64,000 nucleotides of DNA from Octopus sinensis (GCF_006345805.1 NC_043003.1:88102001-88166000); one strand, 5' to 3'; positions 1 through 12,654 are shown, counted from the first letter of the stretch. The notes: generated by a model not told the origin, from the sequence alone. Program-made: numbers and translations.

Positions 1-1118
1 GTCACTTTCCAGGGAGAAAAACTAGAAATAGTTGATAGCTTCCGTTACCTAGGTGACCAAGTCAGCAGCGGGGGCGGGTGTGCTGAAAGTGTAACTGCTA
101 GAGTAAGAATAGCTTGGGCAAAGTTCAGAGAGCTCTTACCTCTGCTGGTGACAAAAGGCCTCTCGCACAGAGTAAAAGGCAGACTGTATGATGCGTGTGT
201 ACGAACAGCCATGCTACATGGCAGTGAAACGTGGGCCGTGACTGCTCAGTATATGCGTAAGCTCGCAAGAAATGAAGCTAGTATGCTCCGATGGATGTGT
301 AATGTCAGTACTCATACTCGGCAGAGTGTAAGTACCTTGAGAGAAAAGCTGGACCTAAGAAGCATCAGTTGTGGTGTGCAAGAGAGACGTTTGCGCTGGT
401 ATGGGCATGTGGCGAGAATGGATGAAGATAGTTGTGTGAAAAAGTGTCACAACCTAGCGGTTGAGGGAACCTGTGGAAGAGGTGGTGAAGCATGACCTTC
501 GAACTTTAGGTCTCACTGAGGAAATGACTAGAGACCGAGACCTCTGGAAGTGTGCTGTGCGCGAGAAGACCCGGCAGGACAAGTGAGACCATAACCCGTG
601 GCCTTCTACATGGGATGGAGCCAGCCTACGTATGCATACCTTCCCTTCTTGGGACACAAAACTCTACTTGTGAAGACCTGTTGAGGCAAGTGAGGATCAG
701 AATCGAAATCGATCAATGGAAATTGCAGATGAGTTACCAGTGCCGGTGGCATGTAAGAGAACCATCTGTTCGTGACCGTTGCCAGCGCCGCCCCGATTGG
801 CCTCGTGCCGGTGGCACGTAAAAAGTGCCATCCGTTCGTGTCCGTTGCTAGCCTCGCCTGGCCCCCGTGCCGGTGGCACATAAAAGCCCCATCCGTTCGT
901 GGGCGTTTGCCAGCTCTGTCTGGCACCTGTGCGGGTGGCACGTAAAAAGCACCCACTACACTCACGGTGTGGTTGGCGTTAGGAAGGGCATCCAGCCGTA
1001 GAAACACTGCCAGATCTGACTGGGCCTGATGAAGCCCTCCGGCTTCACAGACCCAGTTGAACCGTCCAACCCATGCTAGCATGGAAAACAGACGCTAAAC
1101 GATGATGATGATGATGAT
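1..1118 (+). mobile_element. RTE-clade LINE, 3' part (ORF C-terminus, ~550 bp 3' UTR, (GAT)n tail)
   Basis: Translation VSSGGGCAESVTARVRIAWAKFRELLPLL...RRLRWYGHVARM is near-identical to the copy at 59390-60597. There is a small deletion near 483, and the copy ends in GATGATGAT. Confidence 0.93.
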
Positions 1119-1167
1119 ATATACACATATATAATGAATATGTATATATATACATATATAATGAATA

Positions 1168-1217
<50 letters not shown>

Positions 1218-1274
1218 TAATATATATATACATATAATATATATATGTATGTGTGTGTATGTGTTTGTGTGTCT

Positions 1275-1366
1275 GCCCGCATAGTTCAGTCAGTAGAGCA
1301 TCAGACTTTTATATATCAACCTTGGGAACAATCTAAGGGTCACGGGTTTGAGTCTCTCTGCAGGTG
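1275..1366 (+). pseudogene. tRNA-Lys(TTT)-like pseudogene with a 19-nt insertion at the canonical 37/38 intron position
   Basis: GCCCGCATAGTTCAGTCAGTAGAGCATCAGACTTTTA[tatatcaaccttgggaaca]ATCTAAGGGTC...TGCAGGTG aligns to eukaryotic tRNA-Lys-UUU; 73+19=92 nt. The T-arm and acceptor stem carry mismatches. Confidence 0.72.
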
Positions 1367-1383
1367 TGTACCATTTATAGTCG

Positions 1384-1715
1384 TAGGAGTGGCTGTGTGG
1401 TAAGTAGCTTGCTTATGAACCACTTAGTTCCGTGTTCAGTCACACTGCGTGGTGCCTTGGGTAAGTGTCTTCTACTACAGCCTCAGGCCGACCAAAGCCA
1501 TGAGTGGATTTGGTAGACGGAAACTGAAAGAAGCCTGTCGTATATATATATAATGTATGTGTTTGTGTGTCTGCGTTTGTTCCTCCAACATCGCTTGACA
1601 ACTGATGGTTGTTTATGTCCTGTAACTTAGCGGTTCGGCAAAAGAGACCGATAGAATAAGTACTAAGCTTACAAAGAATAAGTCCTGGGGTCGATTTGCT
1701 CGACTAAAGGCAGTC
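1384..1715 (+). mobile_element. tRNA-derived SINE (head 1384-1540) plus a SINE 3' segment
   Basis: GGAGTGGCTGTGTGGTAAG (A-box-like) and GTTCAGTC (B-box-like). A related reverse copy lies at 49330-49512, and the 3' segment recurs at 21900-22100. Confidence 0.7.
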
Positions 1716-2091
1716 AGTTTACTGATACAAGTAAAAGAGAAAAATAAAAGAGAAAGAGAAATATAATATATAGATATATATGTAGTTCGTATTTGTATCT
1801 GGTTTTGAAAGAAATACTATTGAACTTTGGGAGCAGCATTATGCTGGTAATAATAAACAGATGCACTAGTTCAGTCCTTTATTGTTAGTGTTAGTTAATG
1901 GGTTAGCTACTCCGTTAACCAATTTGTCGATTAGTTGCTTTTTTTACTAGTTTTTACTCATATGTTAAATACTTTGTTCAAACAGTTAATCATGCAAATG
2001 TTCAGTATTGTTAGTCTTGTCATTTCCTTTTTCTGTCAAATAATTATTTCATTGCATTGTTGCAATCTCTCCACTTCCATTTCTTTTGAAC

Positions 2092-2345
2092 TTCATCATC
2101 ATCATCATCATCATCATCATTTAGCGTCCGTTTTCCATGCTAGCATGGGTTGGACAGTTCAACTGGGGTCTGTGAAGCTGGAAGGCTTTATCAGGCCCAG
2201 TCAGATCTGGCAGTGTTTCTACGGCTGGATGCCCTTCCTAACGCCAACCACTCCGTGAGTGTAGTGGGTGCTTTTTACGTGCCAGACAGAGCTGGCAAAC
2301 GGCCACGAACGGATGGTGCTTTTACATGTCACCGGCATGGGGGCC
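2092..2345 (-). mobile_element. 5'-truncated RTE 3' UTR with (CAT)n tail
   Basis: Reverse complement of the last ~250 bp of the RTE copies, preceded by (CAT)n. Confidence 0.85.
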
Positions 2346-2384
2346 AGACAGAGCTGGAACTTATGTATATTATATATATATATA

Positions 2385-3575
2385 TACACTAGCAGCTAAG
2401 CCCGGTTTCACTCAGTCTGTCTGGATGATGTGGCTGTGATTGTTTTCGGTTAGGCATAGTCTATAACAGCGTTTCTCAACCATATCATTTTGGATCCTCC
2501 AGCTGTATGAAAATGTCCTCCCCGCCACCCATCAGGAAACAGCTTCAGGAGTTGGAAAGAACGAATTTGTATGTAGTCTGTTTCTGAGAGCTATTCTATT
2601 GGACCTCTGTCTAATCATTAACACATTAGGCAATCTTTCAATATGGGAACACACAACTGTCACTTACAAACCACTTATAAACCATGTGTGTTTATTTGCA
2701 TTATTGAAGATGATCGTCCGTTTCCGTAAAAAGATAAAATTTTAATATGGAGTTGGGTGGAAAGGGGATCTTTTGAAGTCGGCATGAAAGCAAAAGAGAC
2801 AGAGAGAGTGCAAATGTATGGGTTAAGTTCTTTTGAAAATGGTGTGAAGCAGAAGAATTGATGTGCATGTGTGTGTGTGTGTATGTGACATAGAGAGAGA
2901 GAGATAACTGAAATTTTTTATTCACCTTTTGTAGTGAGTGATTGACAGAGGAAAAGCGAGAGATGTTATGTATGTATGCATACATAGATGTATGTATCTA
3001 TGTATGGCCGAGAGAAAGTTAACTGAAATTTTGTTATTCACTTTTTGTAGTGAGTGATTGACAGAGGAAAAGCGAGAGATGTTATGTATGTATGAATGGC
3101 TTCAGTGACATACGCACACACACATGCACGCAGGTTGTTATGTATGTATGCATACATAGATGTATGTATCTATGTATGGCCGAGAGAAAGTTAACTGAAA
3201 TTTTGTTATTCACTTTTTGTAGTGAGTGAATGTGTGACTGACAGAGAAAAGGAGAGAGAGGTTATGTATGTATGTATGAATGGCTTTGGTTGACTGTCAA
3301 CCTGTACTTCCCTTGTTGCTAGCGAAATGGTATATGCCAGCTGTGTGAGCAACTGGTTGTTTTAATGGCGAGGGAATTCCATTAGAAAAAGTTTTAATCG
3401 ATTTTCTCTGTAACTATGGGGGCTAGGAAAAAAATACAAACCGCATTCCAGTCTATGCACCCATCTCCACATGTGTGCCATTTTCCAGGCAATTCCACCC
3501 AGCCGTTTGGCTGTGAACTTCAAGACAAGAAAGAATACAACGATCGCCCATGTCCAATTTATATTATATATATAC
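2385..3575 (+). mobile_element. Probable non-autonomous Helitron/Helentron-like (HINE/DINE-type) element with three internal ~110-170 bp tandem units (2890-3290)
   Basis: Starts ACTAGCAGCTAAGCCCGG. The internal units (AACTGAAATTTT...TGTAGTGAGTGA...GAGAGATGTTATGTATG) occur three times with embedded microsatellites. The family assignment is inference. Confidence 0.5.
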
Positions 3576-3619
3576 TTAATAAATATATATATTATATATA
3601 TAAATGTTATTCTTAGAAC

Positions 3620-4550
3620 AGCTTATTAAGTATATATATATTTCCACTGATCACCTTTCTTTCCTTTTCTCTCCTGCTATACTCCAACTTAACACCTTTC
3701 ATATCTGCCATCACACCCACCACTATAGCCCCTACTCCCCGCATACCTTTATATATTATCCCCCCTACCTTCTGATCTATTTTCCTTCCTGAACCATTTC
3801 TCTCACTCTCTCACCTTACTACCTCTTCATACTAGTATTTCACATTGACTGCACCTCCATCCCTGTTCATTATTCACTTCTATCCCCATCTCTAACCATC
3901 TACACTCTTCTGAATCTAATACCTTCACCTCCACATACTGTATGTATCCTCTCTTATAACAACCTTCTTGCATCTTGAGATGCTTTAGAATGGCATCACC
4001 ACTAGATCTACCTTTTCTTCCCTGTGACTCCCACCCTTATATAATATGGGGTAGCCATGTAACTCCTCTTTAGCAATACCTGTACTTATCCCTCTATGAT
4101 ACTTCAGCCTTAAATAGTTGAGGAGGCTTTTTTCCATTTTCCTTCCTCCTGTTCTCTTCTCATTCCAACAACCACTTCAGACTCTTTCTAGAGGTATGGC
4201 AAGGAACCAAATTCTGCTGCCACATATATAGCCTTCCAGCACATATATGGCCCTCTCTAGCGAAGGTTTCACCACCATCTCCCGCAGCTTCATATAGCTA
4301 TCTGAATTGAGTCTAAGGCTCTGTCTGGCCTGCAGTTGTTGGATGCATTCCAGCATGTGGATGCAGTCAGAATGCCTGCTGTGCCCCTTCCTGCTAGCCA
4401 CTGCTTCATAGTCTCTATTGTAGCTGTCCATGTCACATCTTACAGCCTTTACAGTGTTTACAGAACATTGGCACCCAGTGTGAATCACCATGAGACAAGT
4501 AACTCATTTCTAATATTCAGATGGCTTCCAGTCCACCATGTCAGCTAATA
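3620..4550 (-). mobile_element. Highly decayed LINE-like fragment (possible APE endonuclease region)
   Basis: Purine-rich minus strand with many stops and a weak GRSSGDAILK motif resembling GGVAIL. Confidence 0.3.
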
Positions 4551-5371
4551 TTTTTTCAACTACAACTGTAATCTTATGCTTTCCAACATCACTGACAGTT
4601 TTCCTCCAAACAAGGAGACATAAATCTTTGTGTGTGTATGCCATTAAAAGCGGTTTCAACAATAACAATAAACATCATACAGATAGTAAAGTAGCTATAA
4701 TACAATAATAGAATTTATGGTGGTGACAATAATAATAATAATCCTTTCTATTATAGGAAAAAGACATATATCCACAAATTCAAATCAATACACCATAGTA
4801 AAATAATAACAGTAGTAGTAGTGGAAGTAATAATAATAATAATAAATGCCTTGATGCAGTACCAGGCAAGCAGCTCTCATGGCTTAACTGCTTGGAAGTG
4901 TTATCATGTACATTGTTTTGTCTTGGTATAAAAGATGCAGTACAGTTGTTTGACCATAACCAGTTGAGCATGACCTTTGGTGGCTGACGATATGTGCATC
5001 TCTGATCATGAGCATAAGTAGTGGGGGAGCATCATAGCCATGTGTTGAGAGGAACTTAGAGGTTTGAATAATTCACCTCTGGAAACATGGGTGTTTTGTT
5101 CAACATCCTTAAACAACCCTTATTCAGGGACCTTTTGAGCGGTATGGGCTACTTGACCTGCAGAAAATTCTAACTGGGCCTCACCTGCAAAGTCATGCAC
5201 TGTTTATTTTGATATAAGATTACTATGTCACGCACATATGGTTGTGTTGCATGTACCCGGTGTACCCTTATCAGATGGGTAGTCATGACGGGTATACTGG
5301 ACTTCGTGTATTTTACCCCTGTGTCACTTTGATGGCATGCACAGCTCTCTTACTCATCCTTTCTACTATAG

Positions 5372-5568
5372 GTGCAAGGCCTGAAATTTTTGGGGAGGGA
5401 ACTAGTTAATTGTATCGACCCCAGTGTTTCACTGGTACTCAATTTATTGACTCTGAAAGGATGAAAGGCAAAGCTGACCTCGGCGGAATTTGAACTTAGA
5501 ATGTAGCAATAGGTGAAATACTGCTAAGCATTTTGCCTAGTGTGCTAACAACTCTGCTAGCTTGCTGC

Positions 5569-5570
<2 letters not shown>
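5372..5570 (-). mobile_element. SINE (family with GGCGAGCTGGCAGAA...GAGTTCAAATTCCGCCGAGG head)
   Basis: Same family as the copies at 6655-6860 (-), 18775-18990 (+), 35955-36175 (+) and 53830-53960 (-); carries a B-box-like GAGTTCAAAT. Confidence 0.75.
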
Positions 5571-5599
<29 letters not shown>

Positions 5600-5601
<2 letters not shown>

Positions 5602-6590
5602 AATAAGAGCACTCAGAGAGCAGAAACCTCTGCAGAGGCAACACCAATGTCCTCTCAAAGAATAGTCAGAGATGATTTTAAAAACGAGAATATCTGAAAT
5701 CAACTTGATTGCTCTCGCAAATGAGAAGACTAAAAATGAAGCCGACCGCTCTCAAAAATTAAGTAAAAAGACAGGAAAAATAATCCAGAATCCTTGTTCG
5801 GTATCTGATCGATCCCAACGGTAATCATGGAATGTGAAGGTGGGTGTGTTGGCCGTGTTTGTAATTACCATGTTGGTATTGTGTGTCATCTGCTGTGACA
5901 ACAGGGACAGTTTTCTCTATAAAGGCCTTTTTTTAGTCTATCCACTGATATAGTGAGTGTCTTTATGACCATTGAGGTCTATAGTAAAAAATTTATCCAT
6001 GCATGAAAGAAAACGGAAAGGACCTGCATACAGTGCTGTTAATGGAGGTTTAACAACATTGTTGAATACAAAAACATGAGTCCAAGAAGGCAGAGATAGA
6101 AATGCAATTGTCAAATAGGTAAGAGGTTTTAAACAAGAGCGATATATTCAAAATTGGTAAAACTAAAAATTGTCAAGGATAAATTAAATTTCTGAATGGT
6201 TTTGTTGCCGTTTGTTTATGTAGTTTGAGAGCTGTGAGTAAAATTAATAATAGAGAAATGTAAACAAAACTTTGGAAACAGCAATGTCACCATAGCTTAC
6301 ATGGAAACCACAAGCTTGCTTTCAAGAGAGATAATCAGAGAAAGTCTTGAAAGAATGTAAGATCGTAATACTTCATGTAAAATAAAGTAAATATACAAAA
6401 TAATCCAGAATCCTTGTCTGGTATCAGACTGATCCCAAAATCTAATCAATTCGTGCCAGTCATGAGACCAAACATCCCTGAAAGTTTCATCTGAATCCAT
6501 CCAGCAGTTCTTGAGATATCTTGTCCATGGTGAAACATGACCAAAAACAATCTCTCTGCCTTCGCTAAAGCAGAGGTAATAATAATAATA
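5600..6590 (+). mobile_element. HINE/DINE-1-like non-autonomous element
   Basis: 5' subterminal ACCTCTGC and a 3' terminal hairpin CTCTGC-cttcgctaaa-GCAGAGGT followed by (AAT)n. AAAATAATCCAGAATCCTTG is duplicated internally (5778 and 6398). Confidence 0.5.
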
Positions 6591-6593
6591 ATA

Positions 6594-6645
<52 letters not shown>

Positions 6646-6654
6646 GTTTCAAAT

Positions 6655-6860
6655 TTTGCCACAAGGGCAGCAGTTTTTTTTGGGAGGGATGAGTCGATTA
6701 CATCGACCCCAGTGTTTCACTAGTACTTAATTTATTGACCCCAAAAGGATGAAAGGTAATGTTGGCCTCGGCAGAATTTGAACTCAGACATAGCAGCAGA
6801 CGAAATACTGCTAAGCATTTTGTCCAGCATGCTAACGATTCTGCCAGCTCGCCACCTTTA
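6655..6860 (-). mobile_element. SINE
   Basis: Reverse copy of the 35955-36175 SINE family. Confidence 0.75.
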
Positions 6861-7733
6861 TGATAATAATAATAAGAAGAATGATGATATGCCCACAGCA
6901 GCTCTAGCAATGTAGTGCATCAATAAATTGCAGTAGTAATTTCAACATACTGTTAGGAAGGTATTGGATAGGTAGGCATAGAAAGTGAGGGTGGGGAGTT
7001 GCTTTTATATATGAGTGTGGACTCTCCTGAACAGGAAGCACTTCAAGCAGTGTCTATAATTAATTACCACATCATTGCACTAATTGAATAGTAATGGGCC
7101 ATTGGCTGTCATAATGGCGATGGCCTTACATAGGTAAAGCTTACATCAACACCAGATGATTAGTAGGGAGGGGCTGCAGCAATAATTGACTAATTAATCA
7201 CAAATCTGACTCCCTTCTACTTCAATATAATAAGGCAAGTCATGGATCTGGTATAGGACCTAAGGGCTTTATGTGTTACAACGGTGCACTTGTAGACTGC
7301 ATTTTTATCTCACATAGTTCCTGTTCAGTGGTATGGTTCTAGAAACCCTACAGTTTACATATGTGTAGACCCAAATAAGGAAGGTTTCATGGGCTCACAC
7401 TCCATCAAGTGGGGCATGGACTAACCCTGGATAGTGCTACTAGTGTGGGTTGCATAAATTAAGGGTGGAAGTATCAGTAACAGGTTTGTTATGGTTGACA
7501 CACAGTGGGTTAAAAGGGCTATTTCATGGATGTTCGCAATTAAAATTTTTGCTAATGTGTTTGTTCAGTTTTAGAATGCCATTGTAGAGTAGGTGTAGGA
7601 GGCTGAATCTTGCCAGTTTGAACATAAAACAGTTGGAATATTTGAGCTGGATATGGCTGGTTTAAACACTAAAGGGTTAAAATGAATTTCTGTTATTAAG
7701 AATGACAACTAGGTACTGTTTCCTGAATTCTCA

Positions 7734-8114
7734 AAACCTTGGGTCCAGAATTGCCACCTCTAATAGAATGAATACACACAACTAGAACATGCAACAAATA
7801 ATTTTAACTCATTATTTTCAAATGAAAATTTCCGCTTCAATTAAATTTGGATACTCGTAAAAAATTATTGGCTAAAGATGTAAGCATAAGGTTTTTTTTT
7901 TTTTGATGAACTGCATATTTATTTTTGTTTTTGGAAAATCTAAACCTTTTTCCATTTGGAAGACTTGATTTTTTTGTCTATATCTACCCAGTACCTCACT
8001 GTGGTAGGGAGCGGTATCATCAAAACCTTTATGGTCGAGGAGTTCCTGCACTGTTGCATGTTCTAGTTGGGTGCATTCATTCTATTAGAGGTGGCAATTC
8101 TGGACCCAAGGTTT
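7734..8114. mobile_element. MITE-like element with ~63 bp terminal inverted repeats
   Basis: 7734-7796 (AAACCTTGGGTCCAGAATTGCCACCTCTAATAGAATG...CATGCAACA) is the reverse complement of 8052-8114 with 2 mismatches. Confidence 0.8.
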
Positions 8115-8644
8115 CAAGAGTTGAAGTTAGCTTAACTGAGTCCTTATTAAAAATTTGGTCAAGTCTATGCTGAGGTGGGAAGTTTCTATTAAGTGTCTCA
8201 AAAAACACTGAACAGCTGAATGAGAGGTTGTTCCAAATAATCTTCCTTGTCCTATGCCTATCAGGGTTGCCATGGATATTGTACAGAGGTGTTACCAGAT
8301 GGTTGGGTGGATGATATTAGTGGGATTACCACTAGTACACAATAGATCACAATAAACGTGCAGATGGCCAATTAATCTAACCTCTAGTTCATCCCCTGCT
8401 ACTATAATCATCAACACTAGTGCTGAAGTGGTCAGCCCTACGTTTGACTACAATTTCCTGGTAGGTAGCAGCACCTTGAGTGTTAATACTAGCAAAGCAA
8501 CCAGTCATTGTGATCATGGGGATGTCTGTCTGCATATGTACCGGGCCCAATGGGCTGCTCATCCCACCATACCCTTGAACTTGGTTTAATCAAAGTAGAC
8601 TTCTTTCAGATTTTAATATATATGATACAGATGTAGAATGTTAT

Positions 8645-8720
8645 GGTTATATGTACACATATATATAAAAGGGTTATACGTACACATATATATAAAAGGG
8701 CTACATGTACACATATATAT
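8645..8720. repeat. ~30 bp minisatellite, about 3 units
   Basis: GTTATA(T/C)GTACACATATATATAAAAGG is repeated. Confidence 0.75.
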
Positions 8721-9710
8721 ATGTAAATATATTGAGTGTTTCCATGTAGAAATTTTTGTGAAATTGAAAGAGAGTGGGGTAAAAAAAAAAAAAAGGATTG
8801 TCATTTTAATTGTCTTAAAATCTTCAATAGCTTAATGTTGAGATAATAATCTTTCATCAAAGCAACATCTCTTTTCTATTTGACACAAAAAACGAGGCAG
8901 TTACTTTAATACATAAAAAGAGAGAAGATCATTCTCGTAACACCACACAGTATAGGATTTCTCCTGGCAACCGTGAAATGATCTGGTACATTTAAATGCT
9001 GTTTATTGTATTGATTCTGGAAGAATGGAAAGTAAATATAATCCCAGGACATGAAAGATAAAACTAAATGCAGTAAGGCAACTAGTTGAATGCTATACCA
9101 TTTCTGCTAGATCATTGATGCTTTTCCTGTGAAGAAATGAATTCTAAACGTGTTCATTCATGCACTGTGGCCACTAAAACATGAAGAGCAAACAATTGAT
9201 GAACCAAATCTGGGATCAAGGTTTAAATGCCATTTGTAGATATGTTACATACTCAGCTAAAATATTATGGGGAAGTATACATATATGGGCACTAGAAAAT
9301 CACTTATTCTCTTGAAGCTATGAAGAATCAATTATGATACTTCATAGCCTCAAGCCAATCATTGCCTTGTGAGTAGGGTTTATAAACAGAAACAGTATGG
9401 AATCTTCATCTGAATGAATGGTTGATATGATTGCATTCCTGTTCACTTTGCACTTTTGAGAATCAAGTATGGGTTGATGAGAGGAAGAGTATCTGGCCAT
9501 AAAATACTGCCTCAAATAACTGTTTAATCTAGCAAGGAAAGACAGGCTGGTTACTTTTAGGTTTCGCAAACTAAAAACTGGGTACCCATGGAAAGACATC
9601 TAGCTATTACAACAATTGTTTTAAAATAAATACACTAGATACTGTTATGAACATACTGACCAGAGCAGTGTCTTGGTTACATTAAATAAAACAAGTTAAG
9701 CATTTCTCAC

Positions 9711-9866
9711 CCGTTTCCATATGTTTCTTTGATTCGCTTGATCTAATGCTGGTTCTTTTTTGTGCCATTGGATAATAGCAGCTTCATCAAGGACGTCTTT
9801 GTCGTAAAGGATACTTAGGATATTTGGGAAGATATAAGCAATCTGAGAATTCTCAACAGCAGACTC
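9711..9866 (-). CDS. EIF2B5: eIF2B epsilon exon (W2 domain): ESAVENSQIAYIFPNILSILYDKDVLDEAAIIQWHKKEPALDQANQRNIWKR
   Basis: tttcag acceptor and gtgaga donor; 156 nt, phase 0/0. Contains the W2 AA-box-like LYDKDVLDEAAIIQW, comparable to human FYQLEILAEETILSW. Confidence 0.9.
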
Positions 9867-10456
9867 CTGAAATTTAAAATGGAAAAAAATTAAAAAACGC
9901 TGAATTAACATTGGTGCTTAAACCTTTAAAAACATATTAAACAAAACTCAACTACAAATGTTGCAGTAGAAGAACATTATTTTTGTATACAGATGATGTT
10001 GAGTTGTATACTGCAGATTATAAACAATTCGACTGCTGCAGATAATAATGAAGATTTACTGAAGGGATTTATATAAGATTTAGTTGAGAAAAATGTGCCA
10101 AAGCAGAGAAGGAAATGAATTAGATAAGAATATCAATATCATACTAGATAAAGAAACAAGCATAAGACAATTAAATCAAGCATGGATTTATAAATACTTA
10201 GAAACCAAATGGTCCTGAGTGTGTACTACAAACAAATGAAAGAAAAGGTTTGGTAGGAATATTATACAGACATTACAATAAATGTTAATTGGTATCAATA
10301 GTCTAGCAGTAATAAGTTTAAAGCGAAATTTCATATTGGTTCTTTGTTCCAACTTCCTGTTCATGACAAAAATTGCAGACTACAGCATACATGTGATCAC
10401 ATAAACAAATTTCACAACTTGTAAAGAAACACAGCGATTGTCACTACCTCATATAT

Positions 10457-10524
<68 letters not shown>

Positions 10525-10606
10525 GGTCCCGAGTTGAGTCGGGGTTAACCACAGTAAATAAGGTACTCAATACATAGCAGAGTAAATTAACTTATTTTAT
10601 AGAAGG

Positions 10607-10657
10607 AGCTTCTACAGGACTAGTACTGTTTCATTCAAAAGAAATCATCAGGAAGCT
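10607..10657 (-). ncRNA. Type I hammerhead ribozyme (E1 left arm)
   Basis: Minus strand reads AGCTTC-CTGATGA-TTTC TTTT GAAT-GAAA-CAG TACTAGTC CTG-TA/GAAGCT. Stem I is 6 bp, the core is intact, and the cleavage triplet is GUA. Confidence 0.85.
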
Positions 10658-10959
10658 AGGTGACAAGAATAGTTTTGGCATTTATACATTTAGGCAGATT
10701 TAAAGTGGTGGTGGTGGGGGACTTTTTGGGATAGGCATGGCGCAAACTGTCTTTCTTAGGAGAGTGGTCAAAAGAATCAGTGATAAAGTAGATAAAAGAA
10801 TAAATAGAATAAAGTTTTAGGTAAAAAAGAAGACTATCACTTATATATATATACATATATATATATACATACATACATATATATATATACACCCATATAC
10901 ATACATATACGTACACACCCATACACATACTCATACATACACACATACATCCATACACT

Positions 10960-11005
<46 letters not shown>

Positions 11006-11130
11006 AATACACACACACACATACATGCCAACATGCAAGCACATGCACACATATATCTACACACATATATATAAAAAAGAATATACACCCCCATACACAC
11101 ACGCTCACATATATATATACACACATATAT

Positions 11131-11163
<33 letters not shown>

Positions 11164-11297
11164 CATATATACATACATATACATATGTATATACATGCAC
11201 ACATATACACACCCATTTCTTCCCTCATTTTATTTTATTTTTATTTTGACTGGTGTAAGTATATATGTGTATGTATATGTAGGTATATACGTACGTG

Positions 11298-11344
<47 letters not shown>

Positions 11345-12014
11345 GTATATATATGGACTAGTTTTCTGTGTGTGTATAGATGTAAGTATGTGTATGCGTG
11401 TAGATAAGAATCTGTAGGTACGTGTACGTATGTGTATATACGTGCATGTATGTATATGTATGTGTGTAGGTAGGTATATGTAGGTATGCTTTTATGTACA
11501 CGTGTATGCGTGCAAATATGTACTTAAAAGCGTATGGATGCATATGTATGTTTATATGCACAAATGTCTGTATATAGGCATATGCGTCTATATATGCGGG
11601 CAGATGTTCATGTGTGTTTATGTGTATTGAAGTACATTTATATATGTGGTTTTGTGTGGACATAGTTATGTGTACGTTTATGTGAAAGTCGGTACACTTA
11701 TGTATGTATGAATATGTCTACTTGTGTGTGTATATGTATGTGTATACATAGAACACGTGCGTTTGTGTATGTGTATGAGTGTGCGTGTGAGTGCGTGTGT
11801 GAGTGTTTGTGTTCGTATCAGTGGGAAGAAAGATAGAAAGGAAGGGAGAGGGGCAATAAATGGTTTATTTAGGCCGGCCAGCTCCCTCGGGAGGGTCTTA
11901 CTTCAGTGCCGGCCTCGTAGGTCAAGGTCAAAATAAAAATAAAAATAAAAATAAAATAAGGTAAGAAATGGGTGTGTATATGTGTGCATGTATATACATA
12001 TGTATATGTATGTA

Positions 12015-12079
<65 letters not shown>

Positions 12080-12192
12080 ATATATATATGTGAGCGTGAG
12101 TGTATGGGGGTGTATATTCTTTTTTATATATATGTGTGTAGATATATGTGTGCGTGTGCTTGCATGTTGGCATGTATGTGTGTGTGTGTATT

Positions 12193-12240
<48 letters not shown>

Positions 12241-12355
12241 AGTGTATGGATATATGTATATGTGTATGTATGAGTATGTGTATGGGTGTGTACGTATATG
12301 TATGGATATGGGTGCATATATATATATATATATTATATGTATGTATGTATGTGTG

Positions 12356-12398
<43 letters not shown>

Positions 12399-12603
12399 AT
12401 ATATATGTATATATATATAAGTGATAGTCTTCTTTTTTACCTAAAACGTTATTCTATTTATTCTTTTATCTACTTTATCACTGATTCTTTTGACCACTCC
12501 CCTAAGAAAGACAGTTTGCGCCATGCCTACCCCAAAAAGTCCCCCACCACCACCACTTTAAATCTGCCTAAATGTATAAATGCCAAAACTATTCTTGTCA
12601 CCT

Positions 12604-12654
12604 AGCTTCCTGATGATTTCTTTTGAATGAAACAGTTCTAGTCCTGTAGAAGCT
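12604..12654 (+). ncRNA. Type I hammerhead ribozyme (E1 right arm); predicted cleavage after A12648
   Basis: AGCTTC-CTGATGA-TTTC TTTT GAAT-GAAA-CAG TTCTAGTC CTG-TA/GAAGCT. Confidence 0.85.

Noticed and set aside
1021-1060. CTGATGA followed by a hairpin in the RTE 3' UTR (also at 19525 and 60505)
   Set aside because: No GAAA after stem II and no stem III/NUH, so not a hammerhead; other copies read CTGGTGCA.
2890-3290. Repeat-spacer-like array
   Set aside because: Eukaryotic tandem units with microsatellite cores and no unique spacers; not CRISPR.
9342-9599. ORF just downstream of the 9711 exon as a candidate terminal EIF2B5 exon
   Set aside because: No frame gives the conserved WL..AEEE acidic end together with a good acceptor.
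11870-11930. GGCCGGC...GCCGGCC resembles the P1 helix of an HDV-like ribozyme
   Set aside because: On neither strand could I find a valid P3/L3, a P1.1 GG after P1, or a P2 partner. Kept only as a stem-loop.
10837-12605. Many long Y/I/C/V/H/T-rich ORFs (also at 22.0-22.6, 25.7-25.9, 54.9-56.9 and 60.7 kb)
   Set aside because: These are translations of (TA)n/(TG)n/(CA)n microsatellites, not genes.
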